Of a DNA stretch of 64,000 nucleotides, positions 27,093 to 38,843 are shown piece after piece. Source of the stretch: Candidatus Saccharicenans sp. (GTDB lineage: Bacteria; Acidobacteriota; Aminicenantia; Aminicenantales; Saccharicenantaceae); NCBI GenBank assembly GCA_017992175.1, contig JAGOPD010000005.1:6580-70579 (forward strand), given 5' to 3'. The stretch's first letter is position 1, and the number at the start of each line of letters is the position of its first letter. A program made the translations under genes and the position numbers. Under the pieces are notes generated by a model that searched no databases, had not been told where the DNA came from, and worked only from the letters and a program-made list of their open reading frames with translations.

Positions 27093-27914
27093 TCATTCCA
27101 GTTCCGGCCTGTTTTTCAATTCCAGAAAAAGCTGATAAAGAATTTCCGGGCTTAACTCTTCGGCCCTGGCCTTAGGTTCGAGTTGAGCCCGGCTCAGGGC
27201 CCTGGTGAGGTTATCGCCCGGGTAGCCGGCTTTCTCCAGATTTTTTTTCAGGGTCTGCCGTCGGCGGGAAAATGAAGCCTGAAGGAACTTATAAAATTTT
27301 GATTCCTCCTCTTCAGGGAAAAAGGCCGGCTCTGTCCGCCTGATAAATTTGACACAGGCCGAATCAACAGCCGGTGGCGGGCTGAAAGCTCCTGGTTTAA
27401 TCAGAAAGAGCAGCCTGGTCTCAAAATAGTTTTGAAGCAAAATAGACAGAGGAGAATATTTTTTAGGCCCCGCCCGGGCAATCAGACGTTGAGCTACTTC
27501 CTTCTGGAAAAGGAAAACAGCCTGTTTGAGGCTGGGTTTCAAATCGAGAAGCACAAAAAGTATTTGAGTCGAGACATGATAGGGCAAGTTGCCGGTCATC
27601 TTAACAGCCGAAAAGTTTTCCCGCTGCCTGGCTATAATAGGAGCTAAATTCAACTCTAAAATGTCGGCGGCTATGATCTCAACGTTAGCTGGAACTCTGG
27701 TTTCGAGAGGCGGGATCAAAGCCGCATCCTTCTCAATAGCGATGACCCGTCCGGCTTTTTCGGCCAGGAGGAAGGTCAGGGCTCCCGTCCCCGGTCCAAT
27801 TTCTATGACCAGGTCGGTTTTTTCTAACTGGCTGGCTTCTATTATTTTTTTGATGATATTTCTGTCGTGAAGGAAGTGTTGTCCGAGAAGCTGCCTCCTG
27901 GTTTTTTTAGCCAT
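27093..27914 (-). CDS. rsmA: 16S rRNA (adenine1518/1519-N6)-dimethyltransferase
   Basis: GQHFL start motif, SAM site VIEIGPGTGALT, and NLPY motif. Confidence 0.9.
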   Translation of the reverse strand: MAKKTRRQLLGQHFLHDRNIIKKIIEASQLEKTDLVIEIGPGTGALTFLLAEKAGRVIAIEKDAALIPPLETRVPANVEIIAADILELNLAPIIARQRENFSAVKMTGNLPYHVSTQILFVLLDLKPSLKQAVFLFQKEVAQRLIARAGPKKYSPLSILLQNYFETRLLFLIKPGAFSPPPAVDSACVKFIRRTEPAFFPEEEESKFYKFLQASFSRRRQTLKKNLEKAGYPGDNLTRALSRAQLEPKARAEELSPEILYQLFLELKNRPELE

Positions 27915-28241
27915 CTTGACCTGACCTCTATTTGTGCTTTATTTCATTGCACTCTATTCTAAGACAGAGGCTCAAAGATTTAAAGCTAAGGCTGCTGGCC
28001 AGAACAAGCCGGAAGAATGGCCTGCCTGATAATCAATCTGATAAAAATTGTCTGGATGAATTCAAGACTCCAGGCTTCAGGGACGAAGATTAATCCGGCT
28101 ACACTCTCCAGGGAACTCTCCGCTCAAAGTTTTCATCTGGAAAGGAATTTTTTTCATCGCTTAAGGTTTCCTCAACAGACAATTGAACCCGGTACTAAGA
28201 TTTAGATGATAAAAGCCCCCGGCTGGCCAACCGGTCTCTTG

Positions 28242-28271
28242 TTGACAATCCCCCCAGGCTTAAACTACAAT
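28242..28271 (+). promoter_or_regulatory. Sigma-70-type promoter TTGACA-18 nt-TACAAT
   Basis: TTGACA at 28242-28247 and TACAAT at 28266-28271. The response-regulator ATG (28282) is 10 nt downstream and has no Shine-Dalgarno. Confidence 0.5.
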
Positions 28272-28281
28272 CTTTTCAGCG

Positions 28282-28725
28282 ATGTCTGAGAAAAAGATTT
28301 TAGTCGTCGATTATGATCAGGCTTCTCTGGAGAGTCTTGTCCGGATTTTGAAGGACCTGAAAGTCCAGATTATCCGGGCTACCGATGGGGCTCAGGCCTA
28401 TGACCTGTTCAAAGAAGAAAAACCGGATCTGGTGATCCTTGAGGCCATTCTGCCCAAATTGCATGGTTTTGACCTGACCAAAAAAATTACCCAGGAATCA
28501 AAAGGGTCAGTGCCAGTCATAATTATTACCGCCTTATACAAAGGGCCCCAGTACAAGCACGAAGCTATGACTAACTTAGGAGCTTCTGAATATCTGGAAA
28601 AGCCAGTTAACCCGGAAGTTCTCCTGGAAGCTGTCAACCGGCTGCTGACCGCTGAGGAAGACATTGAAGATGTCTTGCCTGACCTGGAGACAGTTATCGC
28701 CCTGGTCAACACCAGAGGAAGATAG
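28282..28725 (+). CDS. Single-domain response-regulator receiver protein, atypical (Glu at phospho-acceptor position)
   Basis: CheY-like fold: VVDYD, PDLVILEAILPKLHG, IIITA, YLEKP. No output domain. Confidence 0.85.
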   Translation: MSEKKILVVDYDQASLESLVRILKDLKVQIIRATDGAQAYDLFKEEKPDLVILEAILPKLHGFDLTKKITQESKGSVPVIIITALYKGPQYKHEAMTNLGASEYLEKPVNPEVLLEAVNRLLTAEEDIEDVLPDLETVIALVNTRGR

Positions 28726-28765
28726 CCTTTAAGCAACTCATCTGAAGACATCTGAGGAGGATTTT

Positions 28766-29560
28766 ATGACTGAAGGCTTATGGTCACGTTGTAATAACTG
28801 CCGGAAAATAGTTTACAAGCAGGATATCATAGATAACCTTTATGTCTGTCCCCAGTGCAATTATCATTTCCGGCTGGGGGCCTTTGAACGGTTAAGGCAG
28901 CTTTTTGATGACGGCCAGTTTGAAACCTTTGACGATAATGTTTATCCGGTTGATTTTCTTGGCTTTAATGACCAGCTGCCTTACCGCCAGAGACTTGAGG
29001 ATAGCCAGAAAAAAACAGGTTTATCCGAAGCGATAGTTTCTGCCCGTGGAACAATGGATGGGCTGCCAGTCATTATTCTGGCCATGGAATTTGGTTTTAT
29101 GGGCGGGAGTATGGGCTCAGTCGTTGGTGAGAAAGTTTCCAGAGCGGCTGAACGGGCCAGAGAGGAAAACCTGCCATTGATTATAGTCTCTTGCTCGGGC
29201 GGGGCCAGAATGCAGGAAGGAATGATGTCTTTGATGCAGATGATTAAAACCTCGGCTGCCTTAGGCCGGTTGGCCGAAGCTAAGCTTCCCTATATTTCAG
29301 TTCTGGCTGATCCTACGACCGGAGGGACGACCGCCAGCTTTGCCATGCTGGGGGATATTAACATCGGTGAGCCCAACGCTTTAATTGGCTTTGCCGGTCC
29401 CCGGGTCATCGAACAGACTATTAAGGAAAAACTGCCCAAAGGCTTCCAGCGGGCCGAATTCCTGCTGGCTCATGGGATGATTGATGACGTGGTGGAAAGA
29501 AAATATCTTAGAAATTATTTGATCAAAGCTCTGAGGCTTTTCCTGAATAAACCCCGATGA
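28766..29560 (+). CDS. accD: Acetyl-CoA carboxylase carboxyltransferase beta subunit
   Basis: N-terminal Zn ribbon CNNC...CPQC and a carboxyltransferase domain (GGSMG, GGARMQEG). Confidence 0.9.
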   Translation: MTEGLWSRCNNCRKIVYKQDIIDNLYVCPQCNYHFRLGAFERLRQLFDDGQFETFDDNVYPVDFLGFNDQLPYRQRLEDSQKKTGLSEAIVSARGTMDGLPVIILAMEFGFMGGSMGSVVGEKVSRAAERAREENLPLIIVSCSGGARMQEGMMSLMQMIKTSAALGRLAEAKLPYISVLADPTTGGTTASFAMLGDINIGEPNALIGFAGPRVIEQTIKEKLPKGFQRAEFLLAHGMIDDVVERKYLRNYLIKALRLFLNKPR

Positions 29561-30876
29561 TCTCTTCTGCCTGTCAGCGCTATCTTGATGAGGCTCAACT
29601 TTTTGGCATCAAACTGGGTCTCGACAATATGAAGGGTATGCTGGCCTCTCTTGGCCAGCCCCAAGAAAAGTTTTCTGCCATTCATGTGGCTGGAACCAAC
29701 GGTAAAGGTTCAGTCAGTGCCATGCTGGAGCGTATCTTCCGGCTCAATGGCTATAAAACCGGGCTTTATACATCGCCCCATCTGGTTGAGGTCAGGGAAA
29801 GGATCAGGGTTAATGGCCGGATGATACCAGAAGATACTTTCTGCCGCTTGCTCCTGGACCTGGGAAAAAAGGAAAAGAAGCTGAAAAAGGCCGGACAGCT
29901 AACCGGCTCACTGACCTTTTTTGAGATTTTGACTCTCTGCGCCTTTGAATATTTTAGTCAGGAAGAAGTTGACCTGGCCATGGTCGAAGTCGGCCTGGGA
30001 GGACGGTTTGATGCGACTAATGTCATCACTCCTGAACTTTCAGTCATTACTTCCATCTCCTATGATCACCAGCAATATCTTGGCTATACCCTGGCTAAAA
30101 TCGCCTCGGAAAAAGCCGGAATCATCAAAAAAGGCCTTCCCTGTCTGGCTGGCGTCAAAAACAAAACAGTTCTTAAAGTTATCGAGAAAAAATGCCGGGA
30201 AAAAGGAGCTCCTCTGATCAAGGCCTTTAGCCAGGGCCGGAAACTGACTCACCGGTCAGCCCCGGACGGCTATCAATTTACCTTTAAAACCCCGTCTGCC
30301 ACTTACCGCTTCCAGCCTTCTCTTCCTGGCCTTCATCAAGGAGAAAATGCGGCCATAGCCATCGCCGCCGCTGAAGCCCTCGGGGAGCAGGGCTACCAGC
30401 TTAAAAAAGATAAAATAGTCGAAGCCATAGAGACAGTTAACTGGCCAGGGCGGCTGGAAGTTATCAGCCGGGTACCTCTGATTATTCTTGATGGGGGTCA
30501 TAATGAAGATGGAGCGAGAGCCGTCAGTGATTATGTCCGGGAAAAAATTGGCCAGCCACTTATCCTGGTTTTTGCCATTATGAAAGACAAGGACCTGGAA
30601 AAAGTTGCGGCGAAGTTATTTCCATTAGCCAGCCGGATCATTCTGACCAGGCCGCCTCTGGACCGGGCTGCCCGCCCTGAAGATATTGCTCAACGGCTGA
30701 AAAAATTTAGCCCCCTTTTTTTTCTGGAAGATGATGTCCCATCAGCCCTGAGGCTGGCTCTGACTTTGTCCTCAGGAAAAGTGCCGGTCCTGGTAGCCGG
30801 GTCGCTTTTTCTGGTGGGTGAGGCTAAAAAATTTTTTGCCGGGTTGAATCCGGTGGGCCAGCTGGCCTGTCTCTGA
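29557..30876 (+). CDS. folC: Folylpolyglutamate synthase / dihydrofolate synthase
   Basis: Mur-ligase family P-loop VAGTNGKGS. Classical accD-folC pairing with 4-nt overlap. Confidence 0.9.
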   Translation: MISSACQRYLDEAQLFGIKLGLDNMKGMLASLGQPQEKFSAIHVAGTNGKGSVSAMLERIFRLNGYKTGLYTSPHLVEVRERIRVNGRMIPEDTFCRLLLDLGKKEKKLKKAGQLTGSLTFFEILTLCAFEYFSQEEVDLAMVEVGLGGRFDATNVITPELSVITSISYDHQQYLGYTLAKIASEKAGIIKKGLPCLAGVKNKTVLKVIEKKCREKGAPLIKAFSQGRKLTHRSAPDGYQFTFKTPSATYRFQPSLPGLHQGENAAIAIAAAEALGEQGYQLKKDKIVEAIETVNWPGRLEVISRVPLIILDGGHNEDGARAVSDYVREKIGQPLILVFAIMKDKDLEKVAAKLFPLASRIILTRPPLDRAARPEDIAQRLKKFSPLFFLEDDVPSALRLALTLSSGKVPVLVAGSLFLVGEAKKFFAGLNPVGQLACL

Positions 30877-30938
30877 GGGTTTGCTTTTTGCCTTAGGTAG
30901 TGCTAAATTTTTAATCTATAGATGACGAGGTTTAGCCC

Positions 30939-31355
30939 TTGCTTGAAATTAACTGGAACTTTCTGGTTATCTTTATTCTGGTCTGGATCTTAGTCCTGGT
31001 CCTGAGCCGGGTTTTTTTTAAACCAATCCTTCAATTAAGACAGAAGAGAAAAAAAATTCTGGATGAAAACGAAAAAATTTATCAGCAGGCCTTAAAGGAA
31101 TACGAGCAGCATCTTGATCAGGTCGAGAACCGGCTGAAAGAAGCCAGGCAGGAATCCCAGTCTATTCGCCAGAAGATTGTCTCCGAGGCTCTGGCTGAGA
31201 AGTCCAGATTGACTCAGGATATTCAAACTGAAGTTCAGGGTCAGGTGGCCGAGGTCAAAAAGCAGCTTGATGATGAAGTGGAAAGGCTTAAAACTGAACT
31301 TGATCAAAGGGTCGAGACTATTGCCAGGGAATTAGAGGAAAAATTACTGCAGTGA
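30939..31355 (+). CDS. atpF2: F0F1 ATP synthase subunit b'
   Basis: N-terminal TM followed by a long charged helix. First of two b-type genes ahead of atpH. TTG start. Confidence 0.65.
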   Translation: MLEINWNFLVIFILVWILVLVLSRVFFKPILQLRQKRKKILDENEKIYQQALKEYEQHLDQVENRLKEARQESQSIRQKIVSEALAEKSRLTQDIQTEVQGQVAEVKKQLDDEVERLKTELDQRVETIARELEEKLLQ

Positions 31356-31945
31356 CATACTGGTTGGCTCTTTTAAGATCTGGTCTATTTATCTTAATTA
31401 TGCTTTTAGCCTTCAGCTGGCTGGGCGCAGCGGAGGCTGAGCCGGGGTTTAGCCTGACAGCCTTTCTGGGGCAGGTGGTAAATTTCGTCGTGCTTTTTGG
31501 CGGCCTGGCTTATCTGCTATATAAGCCCTTGCTTAAATTCCTCCAGCATAAATCAGATCAGGTCGCAGAAAATTTAAAGCAGTCGGAGAAGAGAAGGATT
31601 GACTCCCTGCAACGGCTGGAAAAATCCAGAGAAAGGTTAAGCCGGCTGGATATAGAAATAGACCAAATGAAGACAGAAGCGGAGGCGGAGGCCACGAGAG
31701 AAAAAGAACGGATAAGGTTGGAGGCCAGGAATGAAGCCGAAAGATTAAAAAAACTGGCTAAGGAAGAAATTGATTCGATGGTGAAAAGCAGCCAGCGGGA
31801 ACTCAAAGTCTATACCCTTGATTTGAGTATTTCTCTGGCTGAAAAAAGAATTGAAGAAAAACTCGGGCCTGAACTTCACCGGAAAATAATTTATAAAGCT
31901 ATAGATAAACTGGGAACGTTAGATGAACCGGCAGTCAGTAATTAG
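31352..31945 (+). CDS. atpF: F0F1 ATP synthase subunit b
   Basis: TM segment plus a long coiled charged helix. 4-nt overlap with the preceding b' gene. Confidence 0.7.
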   Translation: MTYWLALLRSGLFILIMLLAFSWLGAAEAEPGFSLTAFLGQVVNFVVLFGGLAYLLYKPLLKFLQHKSDQVAENLKQSEKRRIDSLQRLEKSRERLSRLDIEIDQMKTEAEAEATREKERIRLEARNEAERLKKLAKEEIDSMVKSSQRELKVYTLDLSISLAEKRIEEKLGPELHRKIIYKAIDKLGTLDEPAVSN

Positions 31946-32465
31946 AAAATATGGTCAGGGCCTGGCCAGTACGGTCAAAACCGACCAGGAATTCGCTCTC
32001 TGCCTTGAGCAGCTTAAAGCTTTTTCTGACTTGATTACTGGCAATGAAGGAATTTACTTTGCCCTGACTTCTCCTTTTGTCATCAGCAGCCAGCAGCTTT
32101 CTATCCTGGAGGAAATTCTAAATAAGCTGAGTTTTGACCAGCGGGTTAATAAGCTCATCTGGCTTTTAGCGAAAAATAGAAGATTAGCCTGGCTCCAGGA
32201 ACTGGTGGCTGAATTGCCTGAAATCTGGGCTAAGGAACAGGGAATAGAGACTCTGGAAGTCAGTTCGGCCGTTGAGCTGACTGAAGATGAAAAGAAAAAA
32301 ATTAAAGAGACGCTGGCTAAAGTGGAGAAAAAGCCGGTCAGGTTGACGTTTTCTCTTAAGCCTGAAATCCTCGGTGGATTGCTGGTCAGGAAGGGGAGCA
32401 TCTATTATGATGCCTCATTGAAGGGAAGCCTCTTAAAATTGAAGGAGACAATCAGTCAGAGGTAG
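31923..32465 (+). CDS. atpH: F0F1 ATP synthase subunit delta (OSCP)
   Basis: 180 aa, OSCP-like C-terminal motif ([24 protein letters not shown]). Lies between atpF and atpA. Confidence 0.8.
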   Translation: MNRQSVIRKYGQGLASTVKTDQEFALCLEQLKAFSDLITGNEGIYFALTSPFVISSQQLSILEEILNKLSFDQRVNKLIWLLAKNRRLAWLQELVAELPEIWAKEQGIETLEVSSAVELTEDEKKKIKETLAKVEKKPVRLTFSLKPEILGGLLVRKGSIYYDASLKGSLLKLKETISQR

Positions 32466-32469
32466 AAGC

Positions 32470-34002
32470 ATGGAAATCAAAGCTGAAGAAATTACCAGAA
32501 TCATCGAACAGCAGATTAAAGATTTTTCCGGCAGCGTTGATATCAAAGAAACGGGCACCGTCATCTCGGTCGGCGACGGCATTGCCAGGGTTTACGGCCT
32601 GGAAAATGCGATGTATAACGAGCTGCTGACTTTTGAAAACAATGTTTATGGCCTGGCTCTAAATCTGGAAGAAGATTCGGTGGGAGTGATGCTGCTCGGA
32701 GAAACCAAGCTGGTCAAAGAGGGCGATATCGTCAAAAGAACCGGGCGTATCCTGCAGGTGCCAGCCGGTCCGGCTTTAATCGGACGGGTAGTTGACCCTC
32801 TCGGTCATCCTCTTGACGACAAAGGTCCCATTAAAACTGACCTGACCATGTTTGTCGAAAGGCTGGCCCCGGGCGTGGTGGAGAGAATGCCTGTCCGCGA
32901 GCCGCTTCAAACCGGCATCAAAGCTATCGACTCAATGATTCCCATCGGCCGGGGGCAGAGAGAGCTGATCATTGGTGACCGGCAAACAGGTAAGACGGCC
33001 ATTGTGGTTGATACCATTCTGAATCAAAAAGACTCAGGTGTGATCTGCATTTACGTAGCCATTGGCCAGAAAAATTCAACTGTCGCTCAAATTATAAAAA
33101 GCCTGGAAGATTATGGGGCCATGAGTTATACCACGGTGGTGACGGCCACGGCTTCAGATCCATCAGCTTTGCAATATTTAGCCCCTTATGCCGGTTGTGC
33201 TATGGGCGAATATTTCCGTGACCGCGGCCAGCATGCCCTGGTCATCTACGATGACCTGTCCAAGCATGCCGCTGCTTACCGGGAAATTTCTCTTTTGCTC
33301 CGGCGGCCGCCTGGCCGGGAAGCCTACCCTGGTGATGTTTTTTACCTTCACTCCCGGTTGCTGGAAAGAGCAGCTAAGATGAATAAGGAATTGGGAGGCG
33401 GCTCGCTAACCGCTTTACCCATCATTGAAACTCAGGCTGGTGATGTTTCGGGTTATATTCCAACCAATGTGATTTCTATTACTGATGGCCAGATCTATCT
33501 TGAACCGGCCCTGTTTAATGCCGGTATCCGTCCCGGGATTAATGTCGGGATTTCCGTTTCCCGGGTTGGCGGTAATGCGCAAATTAAAGCGATGAAACAG
33601 GTGGCCGGCAAATTAAGGCTGGATCTGGCTCAATACCGTGAATTACAGACCTTCGCTCAGTTTGGAACTGAGCTGGATAAAGCCAGCCAGGCCCAGCTCG
33701 ACCGGGGGCTGAGATTAACCGAAATTTTGAAACAGGTGCCATATTCTCCTTTACCGGTCGAGAAGCAAGTCCTGATTATTTATGCCGGTAACCGTGGTTT
33801 CCTGGATGAATTTCCGCTGGAAGCGATAGGAGATTATGAGCAGAGCCTTTATGATTATTTTGAAACCCATTATACTCATCTTCTCCAGGCTATTGCTTCC
33901 ACCAAACAGATCGATCTCCATCTCGATCAGGAAATTAATCAGGCCCTGCAAGAGTTTAACAAAGTTTTTAAAGAAGGATTAGCAGTTGAGCACCATAATT
34001 GA
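32470..34002 (+). CDS. atpA: F0F1 ATP synthase subunit alpha
   Basis: GDRQTGKT P-loop and highly conserved alpha-subunit sequence throughout. Confidence 0.97.
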   Translation: MEIKAEEITRIIEQQIKDFSGSVDIKETGTVISVGDGIARVYGLENAMYNELLTFENNVYGLALNLEEDSVGVMLLGETKLVKEGDIVKRTGRILQVPAGPALIGRVVDPLGHPLDDKGPIKTDLTMFVERLAPGVVERMPVREPLQTGIKAIDSMIPIGRGQRELIIGDRQTGKTAIVVDTILNQKDSGVICIYVAIGQKNSTVAQIIKSLEDYGAMSYTTVVTATASDPSALQYLAPYAGCAMGEYFRDRGQHALVIYDDLSKHAAAYREISLLLRRPPGREAYPGDVFYLHSRLLERAAKMNKELGGGSLTALPIIETQAGDVSGYIPTNVISITDGQIYLEPALFNAGIRPGINVGISVSRVGGNAQIKAMKQVAGKLRLDLAQYRELQTFAQFGTELDKASQAQLDRGLRLTEILKQVPYSPLPVEKQVLIIYAGNRGFLDEFPLEAIGDYEQSLYDYFETHYTHLLQAIASTKQIDLHLDQEINQALQEFNKVFKEGLAVEHHN

Positions 34003-34849
34003 TTTAAGACGCCGGATTCAAAGCGTCCGCAATAGCCAGCAGGTTACCCAGGCCATGAAGACTGTGGCCACCTCCCGTTATCGAAAGGCTCAAAGGCAGG
34101 TAGTGGCCAGGCGGCCTTTCTGGCATACCCTGCCAGAGCTGGTTATTTCCTTCACCCAGGATTTGAGCCTGGAAGAGCACCCCTATCTTCAGGTCAGGCC
34201 GGAGAAAAAGATTGTAGCGGTAATTATTACCTCGGACAAAGGACTGTGCGGTGCTTTCAATTCTAATCTATTGACCACGGCCGCCAGCTTTCTTGGCGAG
34301 AAAAGAAAAAGCAGCCAACTGGCTATCATCCCCATCGGCAAGAAGGCGGTTAATTTCGCCCGGAATCTGCCCTGGCCAGTAGCGGCTTCCTACTCTGACG
34401 GTGTAGAGAAAAAGATCACGGCTATCAGCCGGAGTTTAAACCAGTATATCGATTACGAGTTTACCCGGCAGAATGTTGATGCTGTTTATGTTATCTACAA
34501 TGAATTTCGCTCTATCGCCGCTCCCCGGATTACCATTAGCAGGCTACTGCCTGTCACTGCTGATTCTTGCCGGCAGCCGGGAGGGCAGCTGGAGCCGCTG
34601 TGGGAACAGAGGGCTTCAGCCATCATCAATTATTTACTCAAGTTTTATCTTCAAGCTCAGGTGGAGCACTCGCTGTTTGAATCACAGGCGGCTGAGCAGG
34701 CAGCTCGAATGATGGCCATGGAAAATGCCTCGCGCAACGCTGAGGAACTGATCTCTGACCTGGTACTGCTGCTCAATAAAATGCGTCAGGCGGCCATTAC
34801 CAAAGAGCTGCTGGAAATTCAAACTGCAGTTGAGGCCCTTCAATCGTGA
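33986..34849 (+). CDS. atpG: F0F1 ATP synthase subunit gamma
   Basis: N-terminal [18 protein letters not shown] and C-terminal ITKELLEI helices. Confidence 0.9.
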   Translation: MSTIIDLRRRIQSVRNSQQVTQAMKTVATSRYRKAQRQVVARRPFWHTLPELVISFTQDLSLEEHPYLQVRPEKKIVAVIITSDKGLCGAFNSNLLTTAASFLGEKRKSSQLAIIPIGKKAVNFARNLPWPVAASYSDGVEKKITAISRSLNQYIDYEFTRQNVDAVYVIYNEFRSIAAPRITISRLLPVTADSCRQPGGQLEPLWEQRASAIINYLLKFYLQAQVEHSLFESQAAEQAARMMAMENASRNAEELISDLVLLLNKMRQAAITKELLEIQTAVEALQS

Positions 34850-34856
34850 GGTGTAA

Positions 34857-36578
<1,722 letters not shown>

Positions 36579-36586
<8 letters not shown>

Positions 36587-37322
36587 AGTTAATCCTGCAC
36601 TGCGGCCTGACGAGACTTTGAATACTTTTTATAAAGGGAAAATCCTGGTTTTACAGAGAAAGAATGGCTTCCGCTTTTCAGTTGAGGCCCCCCTCTTGGC
36701 CAGTTTTATTCAGACCAAAAAGGACGATGAAATTCTGGAAATTGGCACCGGCTGCGGGATAATTCCAATGCTCCTCAGCCTGAAGCCTTTCCATCATATT
36801 GTCGCTCTGGAAGTACAACAGGGGCTGGCTGATCTGGCCCGGCGCAATATCATGTTGAATCACCTTGACGGCCGGATCACGGTAATCGAAAAAGATTTTC
36901 ATCAATATAATCCCTGGCGCCAGTTTGATATTATTTTTTCTAATCCTCCTTACCTTCCCAGGGACTCAGGCTATTTGAGCCAGACAGAGGAAAAGAATAT
37001 AGCCAAGCATGAAATCTTGTCTTCGGTTGAAGACATGTTGAACTGGTCTAAAAACTGGCTTAAAGTTGACGGGTCTGCCTGTTTTATCTTACCCGAAAGC
37101 CGGAGAGCGGGCTTTGAATTAGAGCTGCTGAAAAGCGGCCTGAGCTTAAAGCGCAGCCGTCTGGTCTTTCCCCGGGAAAACGAGCCTCCCAACTTCTTTC
37201 TGGCTGAATGCGGTCAGGGGGCGGGCGGCTGTCAGGTGATGGCGCCCCTGATTCTCTTCGGTCAGGATGGTAAATATACCGATGAGGCCGAAGCCATATT
37301 CTCAGGAGTATCCGGGAAGTAA
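36579..37322 (+). CDS. SAM-dependent methyltransferase with NPPY motif (YfiC/TrmN6-like)
   Basis: SAM-binding ILEIGTGCG and the catalytic-type FSNPPY motif. About 247 aa. Confidence 0.65.
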
Positions 37323-37392
37323 AGGCTGACAGCTGATATTCCAGCTGGCGATTTATTTCTGGTTTGGCTAAGCAGTCAGCCTCAGTTTTTTT
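37323..37392 (+). terminator. Putative rho-independent terminator closing the atp/methyltransferase operon
   Basis: AGGCTGAC (37323-37330) pairs with GTCAGCCT (37375-37382), with an inner AGCTG/CAGCT hairpin. A T7 run follows at 37386-37392. Confidence 0.45.
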
Positions 37393-37472
37393 AGCTGGCT
37401 ATTGACAATTGGCTTTAAACAATTTTTTAATGAATAAAAAGTAAATCCTGGATGCGGAGAGAGGTTATAACC

Positions 37473-38744
37473 ATGGAAAAAAGTCTGACCCTGAACGGTC
37501 CCTGGCTCAGATTCTGGAGCTTCATCACCGGCCTGGGCATGGCAGTTGCTTCTTATCTGACCATAGATCATTTTTTTAAGGCCAATTTTCCCCAGACGAT
37601 TTTTACCGGTTCGTTCTGTGATCTCAATAGTTTTTTTAATTGCAATAGCTCGGCTTATTCTTCTATTGCCCATTTTCAGGGGATTCCCCTGGGCTACTGG
37701 GGCCTGGTTCTGGGCCTGCTGGTTATGCTCGGTGCCTTTTTGCCTTCTCCCCGGCTGGAAAAAGTAAATAAGCTGTTAGCTCTTCCTAATGGTCTGGGTG
37801 TCCTGGCCCTTTTCTTCTATTCGGTCTTTTATCTTAAGAGCCTCTGTTTACTGTGCTCCGGTTATTACCTTTTTTCACTTCTAAATTTTTATCTATTCTG
37901 GAAATTTGGACTGCCGTCTGAGCCGCGCGGACTGGCTGGCTTTTTCCGCGATCTCCTTTTTGGCTCGATCAAACCGCTGGTAGCTATTGGCCTTTTAACC
38001 ATTATCGGTGCTGCTGGTTTTCATCTTTTCTATCAAGCCAAGAAGGATGCTCAGTCAGGAGGGGTGGCGATGAGAGTGGTGAAAGAATTTTATAGTTTAC
38101 AGCCGGTTAAAGAGCCCAGCCTTATTTCTCCCTACTGGACAGCTAAGGCTACCGAGGAGTTTGATCAGGCTCCCATCCGGATTATTGAGTATGCTGATTT
38201 TCTCTGTCCCGACTGTCTTTTCCTTTACCATCAGCTGGAAAGAATAAAAAAAGAATATGAGGGCAAAATAAATATTGCCTTTCAGTTTTTTCCGCTGGAA
38301 GCCAAATGCAACGAGGTGGTTGACAAAGATAAACATCCGGGAGCCTGCGATCTGGCCTATCTGGCCGCCTACGACCAGTCTAAATTTCTTCTCATCCATG
38401 ATGAATTATTCAGGAATTTTGAGAAGGCTAAAAACCCGGAATGGCGCCAGCAGCTGGCCAGAAAATACGGGGTGGAAAAAGCTTTAACCGATGAGCGGAC
38501 TAAAGAGCTGGTCAAAAAGATTATCGACACCGGCAAGGAGTATGAAAAAACCTCTGAACGCTTTCCTTATGGGATAAGGTCTACCCCAACCATGATCATC
38601 AACAACCGGATGATTATCGGGACACTTCCTTATGCCCACCTGAAAGCTATCATTGACTCCTTATTAAGCGGGCTGGAACAGCCGTCAGCAGCCGATACCA
38701 AGTTTTTAGAAAACTGGGTAGATACCACCAAGCTAAAGAAGTAA
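37473..38744 (+). CDS. Vitamin K epoxide reductase (VKOR)-like membrane domain fused to a DsbA/thioredoxin-like domain
   Basis: Multi-TM N-domain with loop Cys pair (CDLNSFFNC) and CLLC motif. C-domain has a CPDC thioredoxin-type motif. I prefer ATG 37473 (GGAGAGAGG RBS) over 37452. Confidence 0.8.
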   Translation: MEKSLTLNGPWLRFWSFITGLGMAVASYLTIDHFFKANFPQTIFTGSFCDLNSFFNCNSSAYSSIAHFQGIPLGYWGLVLGLLVMLGAFLPSPRLEKVNKLLALPNGLGVLALFFYSVFYLKSLCLLCSGYYLFSLLNFYLFWKFGLPSEPRGLAGFFRDLLFGSIKPLVAIGLLTIIGAAGFHLFYQAKKDAQSGGVAMRVVKEFYSLQPVKEPSLISPYWTAKATEEFDQAPIRIIEYADFLCPDCLFLYHQLERIKKEYEGKINIAFQFFPLEAKCNEVVDKDKHPGACDLAYLAAYDQSKFLLIHDELFRNFEKAKNPEWRQQLARKYGVEKALTDERTKELVKKIIDTGKEYEKTSERFPYGIRSTPTMIINNRMIIGTLPYAHLKAIIDSLLSGLEQPSAADTKFLENWVDTTKLKK

Positions 38745-38843
38745 CAGATCTATTGATTGAATTTTTGGGCCCGGTTTTTTCTGTTCTGTCCTGTAAAAAA
38801 GACTCCCGGCCTGTTTGACCCGATAATCTACCGGCCGCCGGCC

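Noticed and set aside
28017-28205. 62-aa ORF in the rsmA/receiver intergenic region
   Set aside because: It has no RBS, an odd composition and no similarity to anything I recognise. I treat the region as non-coding (see finding).
30880-30897. GGG-N-TTTGCC string between folC and atpF' with GG/GC 12 nt apart
   Set aside because: Only the invariant dinucleotides match. The -24 element (GGGTTT) is far from TGGCAC, so this is not enough to call a sigma-54 promoter.
37535-37550. Good sigma-54 promoter-like match GGGCATGGCAGTTGCT (GG and GC 12 nt apart, TTGCT -12 element)
   Set aside because: It lies inside the VKOR-DsbA coding sequence (codons for GLGMAVAS) with no gene start downstream. It is most likely a chance match.
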